Source of the DNA: Rhodobacteraceae bacterium PARR1
GTDB taxonomy: Bacteria; Pseudomonadota; Alphaproteobacteria; Rhodobacterales; Rhodobacteraceae
NCBI GenBank assembly: GCA_002256185.1
Contig: NKIT01000001.1
Location: 16,207 to 80,206, forward strand
Direction of reading: 5' to 3'
Length of the DNA stretch: 64,000 nucleotides
Every line of letters starts with the position of its first letter. The first letter of the stretch is position 1. Under the pieces are notes generated by a model, which saw only the letters and a program-made list of their open reading frames with translations, made no database searches and was not told the DNA's origin. Shown in pieces: positions 49,480-58,812 of this stretch. The position numbers were made by a program, and so were the translations under genes.

Positions 49480-50118
49480 CTACACGATGCCGGTGGACAA
49501 CGCGATGATCGCGGCCTGTGTGCGATTGCTTGCGCGCAATTTGGCGCAGACGGCGCGGACATACATCTTCACCGTCACCTCGGTCAGCGACAGCGATTGG
49601 GCGATGTCCTTGTTGGTGGACCCTTCGCAAATGCCGCGCAGAACCTGCCGTTCACGCTGAGACAGTTGCATATCCACGGACGCACCTTCGGTGCGCGCCG
49701 CCGGCAGCGCCATGGTCGAGGGGAAGTAGGTCTCACCCGCCGCGACAAAGCGCAAGGCGGCAGCGAGCGATTTTGGCGACAGGGTCTTGGGCACATAGCC
49801 CGCCGCACCCAGTTCCAGCGCGCGCATCGCGGCCTCTTGCCGGGCTTGCCCGGAAAACAGCACCACCCGGCCCGGCGCGTTGGCGTGAACCGCCCGCTCC
49901 AACCCGCCAAGACCGCCCATCCCCGGCATGTCGAGGTCCAGAAGAACCACGTCGAAATGCCCTTTTTCGGCAATCGCCTCGAGGGCCGAGTCCAATGTAT
50001 CGGCCCGTTGAACCGCAAAGCCGCCATCATGATGCAAGAACAATTGGACGGTTTCAGACAAAAGCTTGTGGTCGTCGGCAACAAGGACCGAGATTGTCTG
50101 CGACTTGTGATCTTCCAT
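49480..50118 (-). CDS. NarL/LuxR-family response regulator
   Basis: ADDH, LDLDMPG, PKT receiver motifs; LSQRERQVL...TNKDIA...TVKMYV HTH; ATG 50118. Confidence 0.92.
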   Translation of the reverse strand: MEDHKSQTISVLVADDHKLLSETVQLFLHHDGGFAVQRADTLDSALEAIAEKGHFDVVLLDLDMPGMGGLGGLERAVHANAPGRVVLFSGQARQEAAMRALELGAAGYVPKTLSPKSLAAALRFVAAGETYFPSTMALPAARTEGASVDMQLSQRERQVLRGICEGSTNKDIAQSLSLTEVTVKMYVRAVCAKLRASNRTQAAIIALSTGIV

Positions 50119-50497
50119 GGATACGCCTTGCATGTCCGGGGCCGCCACCGGGGGCGGCCTTTGTTTTGGTGGGGGATGGGGGAACCTGTGCACCTGCGAT
50201 TCAAACTGGATAGGCAGATGCAAAGAGAAACTCACATACTGTGTCGAAGGACCGTCCAGCCCGTCGCACCAGAGACTTGAACGCAGGCAACCTGCCCCGC
50301 TGTTTGGCGCTGTGCCGGATCACGACACGCTGCGCCTAAACTACTTGCCGAAATGTCCGTTTTTAAATGTCTCTTGCAAGCTCAAGAAAATGTGGTCCGC
50401 CCAGTCATAGGCACAAGACCTCGCCATAAGTATGGAGTGTCGCCCCTACTGAGTGCGCCATGTTCGCAAGAGATGCCGGTTTTGCGACCATGTGGGG

Positions 50498-51382
50498 TCA
50501 GGAATTTCCTGACATGCGCCCGTAATACAGCCCGACGACATGCTCGGCCTCGGCAAAGAACAGCCAGCGCTGCGCCATGGCACCCGCCAGATGCGCCGCC
50601 CCGCCAAGGATCAGCGCAGGCAGGACCGGCAAGACAAGGGTGGCAAGGGCCGGAATCCCCGCCGCAAGGACCAGCGCGATCACGCGCAATTTGGCGGCAT
50701 GGCGGCGACCGACCGTGAAAATCATCTCGCGCATCAGGTAATTGCCGCCGGTGTGGGGCTGTTCAAAGACCTGCGGACGTCCCAATCCCGACAAGCCCGT
50801 GGCAGAGGCCAGATCGACGCCTGCCCGCGCGAAAGCGCTGTCGCCGATCCGCCAGCCATAGGCCAGCAGCCCCCCAAGCCCAAGACAAGCCACCGCCGCC
50901 CAAAGCCCGGACCCGGCAAGGATCAGCCCGCCGGTCAGGGAAAAGGCGATATAGGTGACAGGCACCGTCCAATGGTGCCAGCGCGGCACGGTCTTGAGTT
51001 GGGCATAGATCATCCCTGTGCAGAGCACCGTCGCCGCGCAGCCCACGGCACCAAGCACACCGAACCCCTGCCCCCAGCCCAAGCCCAGCCAATCCGACAG
51101 CGCCTGTGGGGCGAGGATCAGCAAGGTTGCCACGGCCGCCACGCCCTCACGGCTCAGCCAGCTTGACCGCCATTGGCTGAACGCCCGCCATGCGCGTTCC
51201 GGGTGGCCCAAATGAAAGGTGGATGAGAGCAGCCCCCCGACGGCGAATGCATAGCCAAAGGCCCAGTGGAAAAACGCAGGCCAACCTTGTGTTGCGATCA
51301 GCCCAAGGCCCAGCAGCGCCAGAAAGCCAAAGCCCAAGCCTGAGAGGGTAGAGAACAGGATGACAGAGGGTGCAGGCTTCAA
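50498..51382 (-). CDS. soeC: DmsC-type membrane anchor of sulfite dehydrogenase SoeABC
   Basis: PAPSVILFSTLSG, HLGHPERAWRAFSQWRSSWLSRE, RWLFFAEAEHVV. Confidence 0.88.
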   Translation of the reverse strand: MKPAPSVILFSTLSGLGFGFLALLGLGLIATQGWPAFFHWAFGYAFAVGGLLSSTFHLGHPERAWRAFSQWRSSWLSREGVAAVATLLILAPQALSDWLGLGWGQGFGVLGAVGCAATVLCTGMIYAQLKTVPRWHHWTVPVTYIAFSLTGGLILAGSGLWAAVACLGLGGLLAYGWRIGDSAFARAGVDLASATGLSGLGRPQVFEQPHTGGNYLMREMIFTVGRRHAAKLRVIALVLAAGIPALATLVLPVLPALILGGAAHLAGAMAQRWLFFAEAEHVVGLYYGRMSGNS

Positions 51383-52122
51383 TCCAGTTTCCCCAACATA
51401 CGGTCCAACCAGCCCGCCAGCCCCTGCGCCTTGATGTCCAGAAGCGGGGCCAGAAGGCTCGCCTCTTCGGGCCGGTCCTTGGGGCGGGGCGGCAGGTAGC
51501 GGTTGACGGGTTTGGTGCCCAATTGCGGCATCAAGGGCACGCCGCCGCGATCCCGGGTCAGTTTGCTGACGGTGCTGTCGGGGTCCGCGAAATCACCGAA
51601 ATGCCGCGCGCCGGTGGGACAGGTGCGCACGCAGGCAGGCTCGCGGTCCTCTTCGGGCAGGTTCTCGTTATAGATGCGGTCGACGCAAAGGGTGCATTTC
51701 TTCATCACCTGCGCCTCAGCGTCCATCTCGCGCGCGCCGTAAGGGCAGGCCCAAGCGCAGAGCCCGCAGCCGATGCAGGCGTCCTCGTTCACCAGCACGA
51801 TGCCGTCTTCGCTGCGCTTGTAGCTGGCCCCGGTGGGGCAGACGGTGACGCAGGGCGCGTCCTCGCAGTGCAGGCAGGATCGGGGGAAGTTCACGATCTT
51901 GGCCGTGCCGCCGTCATGCGGGGTGACCTGATAGGAATGGACGCGGTTCAGGAAGGTGCCCGACGGGTCCGCGCCGTAAGGGTCTTGATCCGACAGCGCC
52001 GCGCCATAGCCCTGATCGTTCCAGCCCTTGCAGGCGGTGACGCAGGCCTGACAGCCCACGCAGGTGTCAAGGTCGACGACAAGGCCGAGCTTTTTGTCGG
52101 TGTGGGCGGGAAGGCAGGTCAT
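51379..52122 (-). CDS. soeB: 4Fe-4S subunit of sulfite dehydrogenase SoeABC
   Basis: DLDTCVGCQAC, CLHCEDAPCVTVCP, CIGCGLCAWACP, KCTLC...PACVRTCP. Confidence 0.9.
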   Translation of the reverse strand: MTCLPAHTDKKLGLVVDLDTCVGCQACVTACKGWNDQGYGAALSDQDPYGADPSGTFLNRVHSYQVTPHDGGTAKIVNFPRSCLHCEDAPCVTVCPTGASYKRSEDGIVLVNEDACIGCGLCAWACPYGAREMDAEAQVMKKCTLCVDRIYNENLPEEDREPACVRTCPTGARHFGDFADPDSTVSKLTRDRGGVPLMPQLGTKPVNRYLPPRPKDRPEEASLLAPLLDIKAQGLAGWLDRMLGKLD

Positions 52123-52340
52123 GGTTTCGATCCTTCACGCCGTTGGCCAAGGGGCGCGCACGCACCGCGGGGTGGGTGCACATATATGTGCGCCCGCCCC
52201 CCGTTCAGACTCTGCGGGGCGGTGCGGGCGCGCCCCGATGCTTTGGGCATCGGGGCAATCCCTGTCGTTGCGCCTTTGGAGAAGGCACCCAGCAGTGCGG
52301 GCGCGCCCCTTTGGCTAGGTTCCGAAACCGAAAATGACAT
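52119..52340 (-). CDS. Hypothetical 73-aa ORF spanning the palindromic element
   Basis: ATG overlaps the soeA stop (TGATG, GGGGAGG RBS upstream); its TGA overlaps the soeB ATG (ATGA); low-complexity G/A/P/R-rich sequence. Confidence 0.35.
   Translation of the reverse strand: MSFSVSEPSQRGAPALLGAFSKGATTGIAPMPKASGRARTAPQSLNGGRAHIYVHPPRGACAPLGQRREGSKP
52146..52315. repeat. Palindromic (MITE/REP-like) element between soeA and soeB
   Basis: About 20-bp terminal inverted repeats (52146-52165 / 52295-52315), internal hairpins at 52169-52200 and 52232-52256, and a 15-bp direct repeat GTGCGGGCGCGCCCC at 52222 and 52295. Confidence 0.75.
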
Positions 52341-55114
52341 CACCGCCCCTCCCCCTTCGGCACGACCCTTGGCAGGGTGTCGAACTGCGGCTGGGCTTTC
52401 GCTTGCGGCCCCACCCGTTCAATCCTCACCCGCAGGTCAAACCACGCCGCCTGACCCGTCACCGGATCGGAATTGGACCAGCGCCGCCCGTCGCCGCGCT
52501 CGGGCAAAAGCTCAGAGATCAGGTGGTTCAGCAAGAACCCCTCTTTCGCCTCCGAAGCCCCGTCATCCAACGCCCAAGCGCCCTTGCGCTTGCCGATGGC
52601 GTTCCATGTCCAGACCGTATCAGCATTCAGCGCCGCCATATGGGCGACAGGCACAGTGATCTCCCCATGCGGAGACGTGACCCGCGCGTAATCCCCGTCA
52701 ACAAAGCCCTCAGCCGTCCAAATCTTTGTCGGCAGATAGAGGAAATTCTTCCCCCGGATTTGCCGCAGCCACGCGTTTTGCGATCCCCAGGAATGATACA
52801 TATCCATCGGGCGCTGGGTCAGGGCGTGCACCGGAAACTCCGCAGCCCCCTCATCGCCATATGCCGGATACCACAGCGGCAGCGGGTCCATCGCCACCTT
52901 CAACCGTTCGCGCAAGTGATCCGGCGGCTGGATAAACCCCTGCCCTTCGGCCGCAAGTTGAAAGCGCCGCATCGGTTCGGACCAGATGTTAAAGAGATAG
53001 GGCTGCGGCGTTTCATAAAACGAGGTCGCCACCGCCCAATCCTGATAGGCGGCGTTCCACGGTTTCATGTAGCTGGCCTCTTCGGGCACATGGGCCTGAT
53101 GGAAACCGCCGTTTTCGATATAGCGCGCCAGTTGGTCGGGGTTCGGCTCCCCCCTGCCGGTCTTGCTGCCATCGCCGCGCCAGCCGATCAGCGGCCCCAC
53201 GCCGGGGCGGCGCTGGTGGTTCACGATGTAATCGGCGTAATCCTTGAACTTTGCGCTGCCATCGGGATTGACCATCCCCGGCAGACCGAGCCTTGCCCCA
53301 AGATCGAGCAAGACCGACTGGAACCCGCGCACATCACGATCCGCTTCAACCACCGGCCAGCGGATGCTGTCCCCCGCCGCATCGGGTTCACTGATGGGGC
53401 GGTCCAAGAGGCTGATGCAATCATGCCGTTCCAGATAGGTGGTGTCGGGCAGGATCAGATCGGCATAGGCCACCATCTCGGAGGCATAGGCATCGGAATA
53501 GATGATGCGCGGGATGACGTATTCGCCATCCGGCCCCTTGTCGGTCAGCATCTCCATGACCTTGGTGGTATTCATCGACGAATTCCACGCCATGTTCGCC
53601 ATATAAAGAAACAGCGTGTCGATGCGGTAGGGATCGCCAGCATGAGCGTTCGGGATCACCATATGCATCATGCCATGGGCAGAGAACGGGTTCTCCCATG
53701 TAAACGCCTTGTCGATGCGCCAGGGCGTGCCATCCTCTTTCAGCGCAAGGTTTTCCGGCCCCCGCACATAGCCCAGATGCGGACCAGAGAGCGGCTTGCC
53801 CGGTGCGGTGACGAAATGCGGTGTCGGATGCGCCTCAACCGGCTTCGGGTATGGCGGCTTCAGCCGATAGCCCCCCGGAACCTCAACCGCGCCCAGAACG
53901 ATCTGCAACAGATGCAGCGCGCGGGCGGTCTGAAAGCCGTTGGAATGGGCCGATATCCCGCGCATGGCGTGGAAACTGACCGGGCGGCCCACCATGTGGT
54001 CATGCGTGTCGCCGCGAAAATCGGTCCATTTGATCGGCAGGGTAAAGGCTTGGTCAAAGGCCGCACGCGACAGTTCGGCGGCCAGCCCCCGGATACGGGC
54101 GGCGGGGATGCCGACCTGATCGGCGATGGCCTCGGGTTTGTAGTCGTCCGACAGATAGCGTTCCGCCATATGCTGGAACACGGTGCGGTGACCCTGCCAG
54201 ACCGCGCCAAGGTCAGGCTCTACCCCCTGCCCATCCCAAGGCGCCGGCATGCCGGTGCGGCGGTCGATCACGAAGGGCTGGCTTTCGGCGTTCTTGAGGA
54301 TCAGCCCCTTTTCCGGCCCCTCGGCCCCGTTCACCAGCAAGGGCGCATTGGTCCAACGCGAAAGGTAGTCGAGGTCGATCTTCCCCGCCTCCATCAGGCA
54401 ATGGATCAAGGACAGGATCAGCAGCCCATCGGTGCCGGGGGTGATGCCATACCAATCATCGGCCACGGCGTTATAGCCGGTGCGGATCGGGTTGATGCCG
54501 ATGACCTTGCCACCACGCGCTTTCAGCTTGCCGATGCCGATCTTGATCGGGTTGCTGTCGTGATCTTCGGCCACGCCGAACAGCACGAACAGGTTGGTGT
54601 GCTTCCAATCCGGCTGGCCAAACTCCCAAAACGCGCCGCCGATGGTGTAGATTCCCGCCGCCGCCATGTTGACCGAACAAAACCCGCCATGCGCGGCATA
54701 GTTCGGCGTCCCGTAAGCCTGCGCCCACCAACCAGTCAGTGATTGCGACTGATCCCGCCCCGTGAAGAACGCCAGCTTTTCGGGTGCGGTTTCGCGCAGC
54801 GGCTTCATCCATGAGACCGCCAAGTCCAGCGCCTCATCCCAGCTTATCGGCTCAAACGCCCCAGACCCGCGCGGCCCCACCCGCCGCAGCGGCGTTTGCA
54901 GACGCGACGGTGCCGTGACCTGCATGATGCCCGACGCCCCCTTGGCGCAGAGCACGCCCTTGTTCACCGGATGGTCGCGGTTGCCTTCGATATAGCTGAC
55001 CTTGCCAGAGGTCAGATGCACGTTGATGCCGCAGCGGCAGGCGCACATGTAGCAGGTGGTCTTGCGGATTTCGTCCGAGACTTTGGGTGAGGTGTCGATC
55101 TTCGGCTGTCCCAT
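52340..55114 (-). CDS. soeA: Molybdopterin catalytic subunit of sulfite dehydrogenase SoeABC
   Basis: TTCYMCACRCGI, HPVNKGVLCAKG, FFTGRDQSQ, AAHGGFCSVNMA, LPDTTYLERHD; no Tat signal; ATG 55114. Confidence 0.9.
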   Translation of the reverse strand: MGQPKIDTSPKVSDEIRKTTCYMCACRCGINVHLTSGKVSYIEGNRDHPVNKGVLCAKGASGIMQVTAPSRLQTPLRRVGPRGSGAFEPISWDEALDLAVSWMKPLRETAPEKLAFFTGRDQSQSLTGWWAQAYGTPNYAAHGGFCSVNMAAAGIYTIGGAFWEFGQPDWKHTNLFVLFGVAEDHDSNPIKIGIGKLKARGGKVIGINPIRTGYNAVADDWYGITPGTDGLLILSLIHCLMEAGKIDLDYLSRWTNAPLLVNGAEGPEKGLILKNAESQPFVIDRRTGMPAPWDGQGVEPDLGAVWQGHRTVFQHMAERYLSDDYKPEAIADQVGIPAARIRGLAAELSRAAFDQAFTLPIKWTDFRGDTHDHMVGRPVSFHAMRGISAHSNGFQTARALHLLQIVLGAVEVPGGYRLKPPYPKPVEAHPTPHFVTAPGKPLSGPHLGYVRGPENLALKEDGTPWRIDKAFTWENPFSAHGMMHMVIPNAHAGDPYRIDTLFLYMANMAWNSSMNTTKVMEMLTDKGPDGEYVIPRIIYSDAYASEMVAYADLILPDTTYLERHDCISLLDRPISEPDAAGDSIRWPVVEADRDVRGFQSVLLDLGARLGLPGMVNPDGSAKFKDYADYIVNHQRRPGVGPLIGWRGDGSKTGRGEPNPDQLARYIENGGFHQAHVPEEASYMKPWNAAYQDWAVATSFYETPQPYLFNIWSEPMRRFQLAAEGQGFIQPPDHLRERLKVAMDPLPLWYPAYGDEGAAEFPVHALTQRPMDMYHSWGSQNAWLRQIRGKNFLYLPTKIWTAEGFVDGDYARVTSPHGEITVPVAHMAALNADTVWTWNAIGKRKGAWALDDGASEAKEGFLLNHLISELLPERGDGRRWSNSDPVTGQAAWFDLRVRIERVGPQAKAQPQFDTLPRVVPKGEGR

Positions 55115-55116
55115 CG

Positions 55117-56247
55117 TCACTCCCCCGCCGCGATCAGGGCCAAAGCCTCTGCCGCGATCTGTGCCTCTTCCATTGCCGGAACGATCCATGCGGTGATGCG
55201 CGACCCTTCGGCATGCAGCCGGGGTATGCCCCGGTCATTGGCGGCATGGTCCAGCGAGAGGCCGATGAAGTCCAGCCCCGACAGGATGTTACGCCGCACT
55301 TTGGAATCGTTTTCTCCGATCCCCCCGGTGAAACAGAGGGCATCCACCCCACCCATCGCCGCAATCAGCGATCCGGCATGGCGCAGCGCCCAGTAGCAGA
55401 AATGATCCACCGCAAAAGCCGCCTCTGGCGTGCCTGCCCCATGCAAGGCGCGCATGTCCGACGCCCCGCCCAGCCCCAAAAGCCCGGATTCGCGATTGAG
55501 GATGCGGCCCGCCTCGGCGATCCCGAACACCTCGGCCAGCCGCAGCACGGCATTGCCGTCGATGCCCCCGGTGCGACTGCCCATGGTCAGACCGTCCAGC
55601 GGGGAATAGCCCATGGACGTTGCCACAGATTGCCCGTCCAGAATGGCACAGATCGAGGCCCCATTGCCCAGATGCAGCGCCAGCACGCGGCGCGGCAGGG
55701 CTTCGCCGGTCAGCGCGGGCAAACGGGCGGTCAGGCTGGCGTAACTCAGGCCGTGAAAGCCATACCGCTTGATCCCCAAGCCTTCGGCCCGCTGCGGCAG
55801 GGCGTAGCGGCGGGCGACATCGGGGTTGGTGGCGTGAAAGGCGGTGTCAAAGCTGGCGTATTGCGGCAGGTCCGGCGTCAGCGCCTGCAAGGCGCGAATG
55901 CCGCTCAGGTTCGCGGGGTTGTGCAAGGGGGCCAGCGCAATGCAGGCCGCGATCCCCTGCGCCACAGAATCCGTCACGCGGCAGGGTGAGACGAACAGAT
56001 CGCCGCCATGCACCACCCGATGCGCCGCTGCGGACAGCGAGGTGACAGGCATCGGCAAAGCCTCAAGGATCAGCGCCATCGCTGCCGCATGATCCGGCGC
56101 GTTGACCGCCTGCGACGGCCCCACCCCGTCCAGCCGCGCCGCGCCGCCAATCTCGGTCACGCGCAGGGCAGCGCGTTCGGTCAGATCAGCAGCAAAGACC
56201 GCCGCCTTGAGGCTGGATGACCCCGCATTGACCACCAGCACCACCAT
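55117..56247 (-). CDS. ackA: Acetate kinase
   Basis: VNAGSSSLK, HRVVHGG, LAPLHNP, FDTAFH, YGFHGLS, HLGNGAS, FTGGIGEN. Confidence 0.94.
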   Translation of the reverse strand: MVVLVVNAGSSSLKAAVFAADLTERAALRVTEIGGAARLDGVGPSQAVNAPDHAAAMALILEALPMPVTSLSAAAHRVVHGGDLFVSPCRVTDSVAQGIAACIALAPLHNPANLSGIRALQALTPDLPQYASFDTAFHATNPDVARRYALPQRAEGLGIKRYGFHGLSYASLTARLPALTGEALPRRVLALHLGNGASICAILDGQSVATSMGYSPLDGLTMGSRTGGIDGNAVLRLAEVFGIAEAGRILNRESGLLGLGGASDMRALHGAGTPEAAFAVDHFCYWALRHAGSLIAAMGGVDALCFTGGIGENDSKVRRNILSGLDFIGLSLDHAANDRGIPRLHAEGSRITAWIVPAMEEAQIAAEALALIAAGE

Positions 56248-56248
56248 G

Positions 56249-56989
56249 TCACAGCACCGCCTTCATCAGACCCATCGCCGCCAGCCCCGCCAGCAACACA
56301 ATGGCAAAGCGGCGGAACTCTTGCGGGTCGGTGTTCAGGAAATGCCGACTGCCCAGCCAGTTGCCAAGAAAGGTCAGCGGCAACAGCAACAAAGCCGCCC
56401 AAAGCGTGTCCCACGACACCAGCCCATGCCAGTAATACAAGGGCGCGGAATACAGGTCCAACAGCGGGAAATAGGCGATCAGCGTCGCGCGGAACACATT
56501 GGCCTGTATCGGTTGCGCGGCAAAGAATGCAGCAATCGGCAAGCCGCCCATCCCCGGCGCATTCGCTAGGCCCGACAGGATGCCCATCCCGAAATTCGGT
56601 GCACCCCGCACCTCAGACTTCAAACGCCAACCGGCCAGCAGGATCAGGCACATCACCAGCACGTAAGCCGAGATCACCGCCCGCGCCGCATCCTCAGAGA
56701 TGCCCGTCAGCGCCCAGAGGCCCAGCGGCAGACCAATCGCCGCCCCGGCCAGCAAAAGCCAGACCCGACGCCAATCCACATCCTGCGCCACACCGCGCGC
56801 CGCTTGCAGCGACATCGCGGTTTCAAGGATCACCACCACGGCGACAAAGTTCAGCGGATTGGTCACCAGACTCGACGCCGCAATCAGCAGCGCCGAATAG
56901 CCGAACCCCGAATAGCCCCGGATGAAGGCGGCGATACTGACCGCCACCGCCATCCAGATCGTCCCGGCAAGGGACAGATCAAAGGGCAT
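56249..56989 (-). CDS. Sulfite exporter TauE/SafE family protein
   Basis: RGYSGFG, GMGGLP, FRATL, about 8 TM; TGATG coupling to xsc. Confidence 0.85.
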   Translation of the reverse strand: MPFDLSLAGTIWMAVAVSIAAFIRGYSGFGYSALLIAASSLVTNPLNFVAVVVILETAMSLQAARGVAQDVDWRRVWLLLAGAAIGLPLGLWALTGISEDAARAVISAYVLVMCLILLAGWRLKSEVRGAPNFGMGILSGLANAPGMGGLPIAAFFAAQPIQANVFRATLIAYFPLLDLYSAPLYYWHGLVSWDTLWAALLLLPLTFLGNWLGSRHFLNTDPQEFRRFAIVLLAGLAAMGLMKAVL

Positions 56990-58764
56990 CAAACCACCTG
57001 CGGGCGCATATCCGCAGCGTCGATCCCGGCCACAGCGACAGGCTTTTTCATCGCGTCGCGGCGGAAGGGTTCGCCGAGTTCCTGGTTGATCATCGCCTCG
57101 ATCAGCGTGGTCTTGCCGTGGACCATCTGATCCTCAACCGCCTTGGCCAGCGCCACGCGCAGATCGTCCATCGTATGCGCATGCACGCCTTGCAAGCCGC
57201 AGGCCCGCGCGATGCCCGCGTAGCTGACGTTGTCGTCAAGCTCTGTCCCCACGAAGTTGTCGTCGAACCAGAGGGTGGAGTTGCGCTTTTCCGCGCCCCA
57301 TTGGTAGTTGCGGAACACCACCATCGTGATGGCGGGCCATTCCGGGCGGCCAATGGCGGTCAGTTCGGTAACGGCAATGCCAAAGGCACCGTCGCCTGCA
57401 AAGCCCACCACCGGCACATCCGGGCAACCGATCTTGGCGCCCACGATAGACGGCAGACCATAGCCGCAGGGACCAAACAGACCGGGGGCGAGGTATTTGC
57501 GCCCCTGCTCAAACGTCGGATAGGCGTTGCCGATGGCGCAGTTGTTGCCGATGTCGGAGGAGATGATCGCATCCGCCGGCAGCGCCGACTGGATCGCGCG
57601 CCATGCCATGCGCGGGCTCATCCATTCGGGCTTGGCGGTGCGGGCGCGTTCGTTCCACGAGGTGCCCGGATCATCCTCTTCGTGATCCATCGACGCCAGT
57701 TGCTGCGCCCAACGCGATTTCGTCTGTGCAATCATCGCCTTGCGATCGGCGCGGCCGGTGTCACCTGCGGAGGGGGATAGCTTGGACAGGATGCCTTCGG
57801 CCACCTTCTTGGCATCACCCACAATGCCCACGGCGACCTTTTTGGTCAGGCCGATGCGGTCGGGGTTGATGTCGACCTGAATGATCTTGGCCTCTTTCGG
57901 CCAGTAATCCAGACCGTAACCCGGCAGGGTCGAGAAGGGGTTCAGACGGGTGCCAAGGGCCAAGACCACATCGGCCTTCTGGATCAACTCCATCCCGGCC
58001 TTCGATCCGTTGTAGCCAAGCGGCCCGGCAAACAGCGGGTGCGAGCCGGGGAAAGCATCGTTGTGCTGGTAGCCCACACAGACCGGCGCATCCAGACGTT
58101 CCGCCAGTTTCATGCTTGCCGGGATTGCCCCACCGATGACCACACCCGCACCGTTCAGGATCACCGGGAACTTGGCCGAGGACAGGAGTGCCGCCGCCGC
58201 CGCAATCGCGGACTCGCCGCCATCGGGACGTTCAAAGTCGATGATCGGCGGCAATTCGATATCCACGACTTGCGTGAAGTAATCGCGCGGGAAGTTGATC
58301 TGTGCGGGCGCGGAATTGCGACGGGCTTGGGTGATGACGCGGTTCAGAACCTCGGCCACGCGCGAGGGATCGCGCACCTCTTCCTGATAGCAGACCATGT
58401 CCTTGAAGAGCGCCATCTGTTCGACCTCTTGGAAGCCGCCCTGCCCGATGGTCTTGTTGGCCGCCTGCGGGGTCACCAGCAGCAAGGGCGTGTGGTTCCA
58501 GTAGGCGGTTTTGACCGCCGTCACGAAGTTGGTGATGCCGGGGCCGTTCTGCGCAATCATCATGCACATCTTGCCCGAGGCACGGGTATAGCCATCCGCC
58601 ATCATCCCGCCCGACCCTTCGTGCGCGCAATCCCAGAACTGGATGCCCGCACGCGGGAAGAGATCAGAGATCGGCATGAAGGCCGATCCGATGATGCCAA
58701 AAGCGTGCTGAATGCCATGGCGTTGCAGCACTTTCACAAAGGCTTCTTCGGTGGTCATCTTCAT
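56989..58764 (-). CDS. xsc: Sulfoacetaldehyde acetyltransferase (ThDP-dependent)
   Basis: MTTEEAFVKVL, FGIIGSAFMP, CAHE, AQNGPGITN, GDGAFG...NYQWGAEKRN, QELGEPFRRDAM. Confidence 0.96.
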   Translation of the reverse strand: MKMTTEEAFVKVLQRHGIQHAFGIIGSAFMPISDLFPRAGIQFWDCAHEGSGGMMADGYTRASGKMCMMIAQNGPGITNFVTAVKTAYWNHTPLLLVTPQAANKTIGQGGFQEVEQMALFKDMVCYQEEVRDPSRVAEVLNRVITQARRNSAPAQINFPRDYFTQVVDIELPPIIDFERPDGGESAIAAAAALLSSAKFPVILNGAGVVIGGAIPASMKLAERLDAPVCVGYQHNDAFPGSHPLFAGPLGYNGSKAGMELIQKADVVLALGTRLNPFSTLPGYGLDYWPKEAKIIQVDINPDRIGLTKKVAVGIVGDAKKVAEGILSKLSPSAGDTGRADRKAMIAQTKSRWAQQLASMDHEEDDPGTSWNERARTAKPEWMSPRMAWRAIQSALPADAIISSDIGNNCAIGNAYPTFEQGRKYLAPGLFGPCGYGLPSIVGAKIGCPDVPVVGFAGDGAFGIAVTELTAIGRPEWPAITMVVFRNYQWGAEKRNSTLWFDDNFVGTELDDNVSYAGIARACGLQGVHAHTMDDLRVALAKAVEDQMVHGKTTLIEAMINQELGEPFRRDAMKKPVAVAGIDAADMRPQVV

Positions 58765-58812
58765 GGTGTCGTCTCCTGAACGGTCCTGTGGCGCAGTCTG
58801 CGCTTTCGCCCT

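Noticed and set aside
52334..54742. 802-aa plus-strand ORF
   Set aside because: Antisense shadow of soeA in high-GC DNA; R/H/G-rich with no domain signature
50498..55114. DMSO reductase DmsABC annotation
   Set aside because: The catalytic subunit lacks a Tat signal, has SoeA-type motifs and is co-operonic with xsc and tauE, favouring SoeABC
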